From: Cirrosporium novae-zelandiae
Taxonomy: Eukaryota
NCBI GenBank assembly: GCA_026023565.1
Contig: JAPETS010000015.1
Coordinates: 372,001-436,000 of the forward strand
DNA: 64,000 nucleotides
Direction: 5' to 3'
Shown piece after piece: positions 55,712 to 64,000 of this stretch (the first letter of the stretch is position 1; each line of letters starts with the position of its first letter). The position numbers were made by a program, and so were the translations under genes. The notes under the pieces were generated by a model, which saw only the letters and a program-made list of their open reading frames with translations, had not been told where the DNA came from and made no database searches.

Positions 55712-58224
55712 TGGGAGATGATGGACATGACACTGTTATGGGAGAGGCTCTACCTGAACCAACGACAGCTTTAAAGCCTTGTTCTATGGATTCGACGAGG
55801 TCTTCTAGCATGGCCCCTCCACTAAACGGAAATACTGGGTTTTCCCTTTTACCTTCTCTTATGGAAGCAACAAATGGGGTAGGAGCTGGAAAAAGTCTTA
55901 CCACTTCTGAAGATAAAATGAGTACAGGATCATCAAGCGACTCAGAGGAGGTTTTAAAAGTGGCTGATCCATCCATTTGTAATATGGATGAAAAGCATAA
56001 CAACGCTCTACCCTTTGCAGACCTCCCTTCGGGTCTGTGTTATGATGTACGGATGCGATATCACTGCGAGGTAGAGCCAATCTACGACGTCCATCCCGAA
56101 GATCCCCGAAGAATATATTATATCTTCGATGAAATTTGTCAAGCAGGCTTGGTGGATGACCCGGCAGCCACGAGACCGTTGGTACCAAAACCTCTTCGTC
56201 GAATCCCAGCTCGGCCAGCAACAGTCGAAGAGATTACACGAGTTCACACGAGAGCGCATTATAATTTTGTTGAAAGCACAGCGCGTGAGATTATTCATAC
56301 CCCTTTATGTGATTATTCCTAATTATATTTCTAGAGATGACAAAAGATGAATTAAAAGCACACTCATCAGATGAAGCAAAGTCAATATATTACAATAAGC
56401 TCTCATATCTTGCCTCTACTCTTTCAGCTGGCGGAGCCATCGAAACCTGCCGAGCTGTTATTTCTCGCAAAGTTAAGAATGCGATAGCTGTTATACGCCC
56501 ACCAGGCCATCATGCTGAAGTTAGTGATACCGGAGGATTCTGCCTATTTAACAATGTGTGTATTGCAACCAGAGTATGCCAGGCGCAATTTGGCATGAAA
56601 TGTCGAAAGGTTATGATACTTGACTGGGATGTCCATCATGGGAATGGAACTCAACATTACTTCTACGAGGACCCGAATGTTTTATACATATCACTTCACG
56701 TGTTTAAAAATGGTACTTTTTATCCCGGTATGCCAGACGGTGGGATGGACTTTTGCGGTAAGGGCGTTGGGTTGGGAAAGAATGTAAATATCCCATGGCC
56801 GGATCATGGAATGACGGATGCGGATTATATGTTCGCTTTTCAAAACGTGGTGATGCCTATTGCATATGAGTTTGATCCTGACTTTGTTATTATATCTGCC
56901 GGATTCGACGCTGCTGCCGGAGATGAGCTGGGAGGCTGTTTCGTTACGCCTCCATGTTACGCACACATGACGCATATGCTCATGTGTCTAGCAAACGGAA
57001 AGCTTGCTGTTTGCTTAGAAGGTGGCTACAATCTTCACGCCATATCGAAGTCTGCGCTCGCTGTCACACGAACGTTGATGGGAGAACCGCCCGATAGGCT
57101 TGAACAGAAAGCAGCCTCTAAACCCGCAGTGCTAACTGTACAAGCCGTTATCAAACAACAATCTAGATACTGGAAGAGCCTCTACCCAAAAGCCGTGGAG
57201 ACAACCGCAGATTCTCTAGGTGCAGAACGCATGCATGATGTTATCCGCTCCTATCAAGCGAAGAATCTCTACAACAGCCACAAAATGACGAGTCTCTACG
57301 TCTACCGCGATAAAATCTCGAAGTCCTTTGACAATCAAATTCTAGCCACGCTGGATTACTACAAGAAGAAACCTCTTCTGCTTATTTTCCACGACCCGCC
57401 AGAGGCGTTGGGAGGCCCGCATTCAATGACACATAAAATTGAATGGCATGATATATGGCTTGTACGTATTTGCCAATGACCTTGCATTACTTTATTGGAT
57501 TTCTACTCACTCATTAAAGGCTGACGTCCTGAAGGAATACATTGATTGGGCAGTCAAGCAAGATTATGCTGTCATTGATGTGAATATTCCGAAACACCTT
57601 ACGGGGCTTGATGTTAGTACTAGTCCTTTTCTAACCCAGTGACTTCATAAACTAATGTGCCTTTCGATAGAATGATCCCTCGATATCCCCAGAGGACCAA
57701 GAAGCCCGTCGCATGGAAGCAACCCATGAACTTACAGGTTATCTCTGGGAGAACTATATTGAATGCAATGACTGCTCCCCCATAATATTTCTTGGCGTCG
57801 GTGACGCCTTTAGTGGAATGGTACACCTCCTTACTCACCGTGGTATGTCCTCTCATCATAATCCCTTGAGATTCACTATCAGACATCCGCTAAAGCAGCC
57901 AACACAGATAACGTATATACATCTGTGGCCTGCGTTGTTTCCATCGTATCGAACTCTCCTATCCGCAGCATGCACTCCCCTACCAACTATTGGCTGAAGA
58001 ACTGGTATGCGACAAACGGTCTTGTTATCGTCGCTCAAGATCACAGTGCTTGGGACTCGGATCCAGAAAATGGAGGAAAGCCGAAAAGGTTGAGTAAGCG
58101 ATATGGAAAGATGGTAAGGAGTACTAAGTTAGGGTTAAATGAAATGTTAGCAGAGCATAAAGAGCAGATCCAGAAATTCATTGCTGGGAAGGTTGGGACG
58201 GATTCGAGTAGCGAGGAAGATTGA
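55711..58224 (+). CDS. HDA1: Class II histone deacetylase Hda1/Clr3 (HdaA) with Arb2-like C-terminal domain
   Basis: HPEDPRRI, RPPGHHAE, GFCLFNN, DWDVHHGNGTQ, SAGFDAA.GD and LEGGY. Introns at about 56285-56334, 57462-57520, 57612-57670 and 57843-57908. Confidence 0.94.
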
Positions 58225-59049
58225 GAACACCCAATACGATATACCTAAAAAATGGGCGAAGCGATAATGTTGACTTGATAATGAAGGAAGGTGAACGAGT
58301 TCAGTTTACTAAGAGTTCGTGAACGAAGGCATTGTCAGTTGCATAAGGGGCAATGGATTTTTATTTCCCTTTTCTGTAGGTCTAGGAAGTGGAAAGTGCA
58401 GGGTATGATATAAATATTCAAATATCAACATGACCATCATCATTTCTCGACACAGAAACGCGAATGTTTCATGATGGCAGGTCTTTGTCCTGGCCTACTA
58501 GACGATAAACTTCCATGTTGCACTAACAGGCAGTGAGAAAAAATTTCCCCCTTCACCAGGCTTTTCCAGAAAACTAAACAATGCTGTTGTCTCATGTACT
58601 TTCAAACGTCTCGTTGGTCCTCTTTCAAACCTCTACCCTCCTTAGTAAAGTTCTCTATACATTACTTACAGATCAGTTTATAATTTCTTTACCCCCCCCC
58701 AGAAAAAAATCCAACGCTCTGTCCCAGCCTAGTTATTAACCGCCCATGCTCTTTGTCTAGAGACCCGCCAATAGTCATGTCTCATCTACGGTTCTAGAAT
58801 ATTCACGTTTTATATACAAAATGTAACGCGCAACTAGCATCTACTAGAAATGCTCCTTTTTTTTAACTTGCTTAGGAATATACGCCCTTAACTCCTAAAC
58901 CGTTTATTACATCACTATTACTAAAACGCCCATCTTAATTTATTGCCTTTTTTTTTTGGTTACTTGATTGATTGAATAGCTACGTCCATCCATCTGACAA
59001 TCATCCTTACAGCAAATATTCAAAAAAAAAAAAATTCCCAAGTCATTCC

Positions 59050-59076
59050 TATTATTATTATTATTATTATTATTAT
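59050..59076. repeat. (TAT)9 microsatellite
   Basis: tattattattattattattattattat upstream of the 59172 ORF. Confidence 0.9.
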
Positions 59077-59171
59077 CTATGTATATATCATCATAATTAT
59101 AGAAATCTTCGCAGGTCCGAAGATCGATCCCAGTTATCACAAGACATCCTCTCGAATATCCAACGCCAAAC

Positions 59172-59849
59172 ATGAAGCTACTCCAAACCATTCTATCAAC
59201 CACCCTAGCCCTGGTGGCCTTCGCAGTCCACGCCCACGCCTTCGCCCTCGCCATCCCAATAGACATGTCATCCTTCACATCCCCAAACAAAGACATCAAC
59301 TCCACCACCATTTCCACAACTCCTTCATCCACCCCCTTTTCAACATCAACACCCACACCCGATTCCAACCCAAACTCCCCGCCCAACACTACTACCACCA
59401 CCACCACTCCAACCCCAACTCTAACCTATACGCGCCACTGCACAGGCTCCGGCACCGACACAACCTGCTTCTACTACTTTGGTCTCTCTCCCTGGTCCCA
59501 AATCACTATCATCCTTTCCATCCTCGGTGGTCTTGGTCTTCTCTTTGTGACCGCATGGCTCGTCTGGTGCTGGCGGTGGGGTCGCAAGAGAGCTGTCGCG
59601 AAAGGGAATATGAGGGGAGGGGATTGGTATGGTACTGGTAGTGAGAGGGGGTGGGAGAGGATAAAGGAGGGGGAGAGGGTAAGGGGGAAGCGGGTGCAGG
59701 AAATGATGATTGCGCCTATGCCTTTGAGTCCGCGGGGGCCGTTTGGGTCGGTGGGGAAGGTCGTTGAGGGCTGGGAGATGCAGACTTTGCGGGGAGGATC
59801 TGGGGCTAGGGCTAGGGCTCCCGAGGGAAGGTTCAAGGAGTGTATATAA
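59172..59849 (+). CDS. Putative single-pass type I membrane protein (signal peptide, Ser/Thr/Pro-rich stalk, Cys pair, TM helix, basic tail)
   Basis: N-terminal hydrophobic MKLLQTILSTTLALVAFAVHAHA, an S/T-rich segment, HCTGSGTDTTC, then TM ITIILSILGGLGLLFVTAWLVW followed by RWGRKR. Confidence 0.7.
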   Translation: MKLLQTILSTTLALVAFAVHAHAFALAIPIDMSSFTSPNKDINSTTISTTPSSTPFSTSTPTPDSNPNSPPNTTTTTTTPTPTLTYTRHCTGSGTDTTCFYYFGLSPWSQITIILSILGGLGLLFVTAWLVWCWRWGRKRAVAKGNMRGGDWYGTGSERGWERIKEGERVRGKRVQEMMIAPMPLSPRGPFGSVGKVVEGWEMQTLRGGSGARARAPEGRFKECI

Positions 59850-60690
59850 TAAATTTATATGGAAATGTTAGCGGGATAGAAGGATGAATGTGTTTGCATA
59901 GCCGGGTAAAACGTCATATCGGTTTAATATATTCTAAGAAAATGGGGGGGGGGGTTTAACATGTTATTTCCTTGATATTTTTTATACCCCTTATTAAATA
60001 AAATAATTTCGTCTCTTAACACCTGTATTATTACTTCTCCAGCAGTATCTTGCTTTTAACTACGCATTGCCAGTTGTGGATTGTTGTGACGTCTAGATCT
60101 GGCTTCACTATAATAATATATCTAAGGTTCCTTTCTTCTTCTTCCATTTTCTTTGATTGTTTTCGTATTTCCACTTTAAGCTAGGAATGCATATATAGGC
60201 ACTAACAACCCTCAACTACGGGGATTCGATAGGTATTTATGTATGTGGAAATTTGGGCTCTATCGGACACACTAGATAAACGCGGTTGGCCTGTTAAAAT
60301 AGTCGCCTTTAATATTAGTATGAAAAAATATATGCTAGAGGCGTACGGAAAATTGAACTTGAGCATTCTTGTTGTAGGTACAGTATACTCTTTGCATCAT
60401 CACAGATGACAGGGCACATAACACATCATGCAAGCACCAAGTATACGCAAACAAAAGGCACCAGTCAAACACATCACTCCTTCCTACACAGATAGGTACA
60501 CAAAGGAACCAGTACTTTGTGACATTCAATCCAATCGGATTCAATTCGATTTGGATTCGAGTACGATTGAACGAAACTAGAAAGAGGCTATTTGACAGTA
60601 AGAGGACGCGGTGATACAAATAGGAAAGGTTGATTCTGGATCTGGTATATTAGAGCACCTGGCTGAAAAATTGTACCATATATGGTACGG

Positions 60691-61403
60691 CTATGCCTTC
60701 TTAGCCGGAGGTGAGGTAACGTAGGTGCCTTTGTAGCCTTCGCTGGCGATACCAGTAATTGGTTCCACCTTTTGTTCCTATTATTTTAAGGGAGAAGGTC
60801 AGTACTATACGATAGGAAAGTTCCCGATAGACGAAGGTATTGTACCTTGAGATATACGTCGGTCATTTCTTGCCATTCCTTGGTCATGGTCGATGGTGCA
60901 GGGCGACCGGCGGACTGTGCGAGACCAAAGAGAACGGCAGACACACCCAGGAGTCCAAGTGTCCAGATTAAGACTCGTCGGCCTTCGCCGGGGGGATCAA
61001 GAGCGCGGGGTCCGTGGGGGCCAAAAGCGATCCAGTAAGCTATTCATGGTGGAATGGGTCAATAAAGATAATGGGTCATAAACTGAATCGATTGTGTCAT
61101 GATGGAAGAATGCAATAACATTAAATTTCTCTGAAATGACATACCAGCCTTCTTCTCCTGCATTGTCATCTGGTGCCAATCAACCTTCATTCTGTCCCTT
61201 AACTGGACCCAGAGCTGAGCCTGGTCCTGAGGTGGCATACCCTCCCAACGCTTCTCGATACCAGCCAAGGTTGGATTGGAAATGGCATGTGCATTACGCT
61301 TTTGTTGAACATCGGCACAGAGGCACGATGCTCGTGTACGGAAGACAGCGGCAGTCCCGGGGGTGACGAGGGAGCTCGAAGCTCGAGGAAGAGTTCGCAA
61401 CAT
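60691..61403 (-). CDS. COX5: Cytochrome c oxidase subunit V (COX4 family, yeast Cox5)
   Basis: AHAISNPTLAGIEKRWE, QEKKA/AYWIAFGPHGPR, TMTKEWQE and EPITGIASEGYKG. Two introns; TAG at 60691-60693. Confidence 0.93.
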
Positions 61404-62322
61404 TTTGTTGATTAAGGCGGAGGATGCCGAATTGGAAAATTCTGGGGTATGGTATTAAGTATAACTGAGGGGAGAGTTAAAAGGTCCAGAGATGAGGGCG
61501 AGAGGTTTTTTTAGATGGCAATATTGCCGGAGAGGAGATGAAAGGTTAAAAAGCAATTGAAGTTTGGGGATCAGCTTGGAGAAAGAGAGGGTGAGAAGGT
61601 GGAAGTTAACGGGTGTTTAGGCCCCAAAAGATGGAGATCAAAAAGCTGGCGTGATGTGTGGTGCCCTTTTTTCTGTGCCTTCGTCTCTTTTATCGGACGT
61701 GATCGGTAGGTCGGTCAGGTCGGGACGAAGGAGCTTTTTCCCATTTTCCAGCTTTTTCAATTTCTGGAAACTAATCCATCTTGATTGGCTACTCAACTTA
61801 AGGTTGAGGATTCAAGAAGCCCCTCCAGTACCACTCCCCAATTCTCAACTCTCACCAAAATCCTAAATAATCTATTAAATATTAATTAAATAGCTATTTT
61901 CTTTTTTTTAATACTCGCTGCATTTCACTAAAGAGTTGAGAGTCTTGTATTTTTTTAATCTATCCATCCATTGACGCCGTACATTTATTTAAACTTTCTG
62001 CCACCAACAACAACCCACATTGGCTGACTCCCCATCTAGCTAGGATCCAAACAAACGATATATCATACAAACCTTCTATCCACCTTCATCCATCACACAT
62101 CATTAAGAAGGACATCCGATCATGAATAGAGAGTCGCATCTAACCTTTCCAAGCGCAATTATACACTAGTTATCTCCAGGGTATGGGGGAGATAGTCATC
62201 GAACATCTTCCAGGGTATTTATCGATATGTAGAGAACCGCCAGTCAATCAAAAGATTGCCCGCTTTGAATGCTTCGTCGCCCATCGTCGCTCCCAGTACC
62301 TCGACAACAGCGTCTATTTCCT

Positions 62323-63629
62323 TTATATGTGGTTGTTGAAATAGGGGATCAAAGTCTGCGCGACCCAGAAACTGAACGTAAGTTTCGGTCCAGTCATCAG
62401 CAGCTTTGGCGTCAAGCCTTTGAAGAAACTGCTGACACCTTCGTTCTTTAGCATTTTTCGCACAATCTTGAATCCCGATTCAGGGTTTTCGAAGTTTCTG
62501 TTTTGGATTCTAGTCTTGATAACATCCAGTGGGGCAGAAACGACCAAGGATGCGAAAGATCCGCAGAGAGAAGTGATACCATTCTGAGCGAATGTCGCTT
62601 TGTTGTAGTCTTCCAATCTAAAAATATATTCCTTGGCAAACGCATTACCACCGAAAAGCTATAATCAATTTATCAGAAATCGCATCTGTAGCATATATAG
62701 GGATTATTAGCTAGTAGCTTACAGCGAATGACCCTGGCGCATTCCGTGCTGCAGTCCAACCAGCTCCACGGTATAGTCCCATCCCTTCATCTTTAATAAT
62801 CCTAAATAGACCACGACCGCGGAAGGCCTCGGGGTTGGTTTGACGCTTTATTTTTAACACATCTAAAGGAAGGAGGATGATCTCCCCAATACCAACAATA
62901 CTTAATTTAGTTAGCGTCTTTTGGCAAAGAATCATTTCAGTCGTATAGAATGTCAACTCACCTTCCGGCTGTCGCGTGCATCATAGCTTTTCCTGTGCCT
63001 TTTCCAAATGCTCTATCAAAGGAATCACCGTAATTCCTTGCGAGATATTCCCGAGCGAATGGTTGACCACCATACTTATATGTTCTTTGTAAGATCTAAT
63101 ATTATGTTAATAACATCTCTAGATCACATAAGATGTTAAGTTCTAGACCTTGTAGCCCGCTGCATATCCAAGTCCAGGAAATAGAGATGTGAACTTTTGA
63201 ACCACTGATGCCGATGAATATTCTTTGAAAATGACAGAGTTGAGATGGGAAGTGGAGGTGAGCTATATCACCATCAGTATGCCTTTGATGTAGCTAGTAA
63301 GAGCGCAAGACTCCGAACCTTTGTCTGGTTGCTCATTAATCGTTTCGCAATTGTGTCAACCTAGAAAATAGGTGTTAGTCAAGCGTTAAACAATTTCTTG
63401 GAGTAAATGCATATACTCACAGGATGGAAGATTATCAATTCGGAAATACCAGCAGTTGCTTCTTAAGGTCAGTGCCCATTACATGTTAAAGACTCCAATT
63501 AGAAATACCTGAGCCCAGTACTCGAGCAGCGCCTGATTCTTTTTTGTAGTCCTTTGCTGCCGCATGAGTAGTGGTCCCTTTCATGGTTCCCACTATAGCC
63601 GAGGGCACTATAGGAGCGTTCTTATCCAT
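62323..63629 (-). CDS. GGC1: Mitochondrial GTP/GDP carrier (Ggc1/Yhm1)
   Basis: KKESGAARVLGS, ELIIFHP/VDTIAKRLMSN, LPLDVLKIKRQTNPEAFRGRG, APLDVIKTRIQNRNF and KLLMTGPKL. Six introns. Confidence 0.92.
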
Positions 63630-63862
63630 TGAAAGAGAGATATCTTTTGAAGGGTGGAGAGAGATTAGGGTTAAAATCCCAAGTCCAGACCTACCGAGAG
63701 AGTAAAGAATGAAATATACAAAAAGATTAAGAAGAGATATGGTCAACCTATTGTCAGGGAATATCTATTCTATGAGTGTGACAGCTCCTCCGAATTTTCG
63801 TCGGCGCTCGGGGGCCAAAATCTAATCACTAAACTATGTTGAGACTTAATTAAGGAAGCTGG

Positions 63863-63905
63863 GGTTGATCCGATGCCGGTTCGGGTTCGATTCCTGATTC
63901 AACCA
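63863..63905 (+). other. tRNA-like T-arm/acceptor fragment containing a consensus Pol III B-box
   Basis: GGTTCGATTCC at 63884-63894; stem TCGGG/CCTGA around loop TTCGATT; TCAACC (63899-63904) can pair with GGTTGA (63863-63868). No convincing D or anticodon arm. Confidence 0.4.
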
Positions 63906-64000
63906 TTCAACCCTAATAATTCATACCTGCCTATTACTGTGCAAGTCTACTTTCTACGACACTATTATAAATTTATATAATGATAGTCTATTAATTCTAC

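Overview
Gene-dense window of a filamentous ascomycete (Pezizomycotina) nuclear chromosome, with short GT-AG introns and CT(A/G)A(C/T) branch sites. It holds about 28 protein-coding genes plus one pseudogene. Most are housekeeping: RWD protein, ACL4-like TPR chaperone, Sir2, Trm11, HIT hydrolase, B-type cyclin, mito L2, Zn2Cys6 factor, THOC3/Tex1, SUZ protein, SF3A2, tubulin cofactor E, Rvb2, SDR epimerase, Puf6, ClpX, 2-hydroxyacid dehydrogenase, CwfJ protein, GPN1, NCE101, ATP2, class II HDAC, COX5 and GGC1. I found no convincing novel multi-gene system. The most interesting signals are small-scale: a decayed tandem paralog of a BTB-like gene, a ~335 bp MITE-like relic with inverted termini and a target-site duplication, a tRNA-like T-arm with a perfect B-box, a uORF whose stop overlaps the HDAC start codon, repeated C-rich to G-rich skew switches independent of gene orientation, structured long introns, and likely peroxisomal targeting signals. 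Gene names come from my recognition of motifs, not database searches, and exon boundaries were inferred by eye.
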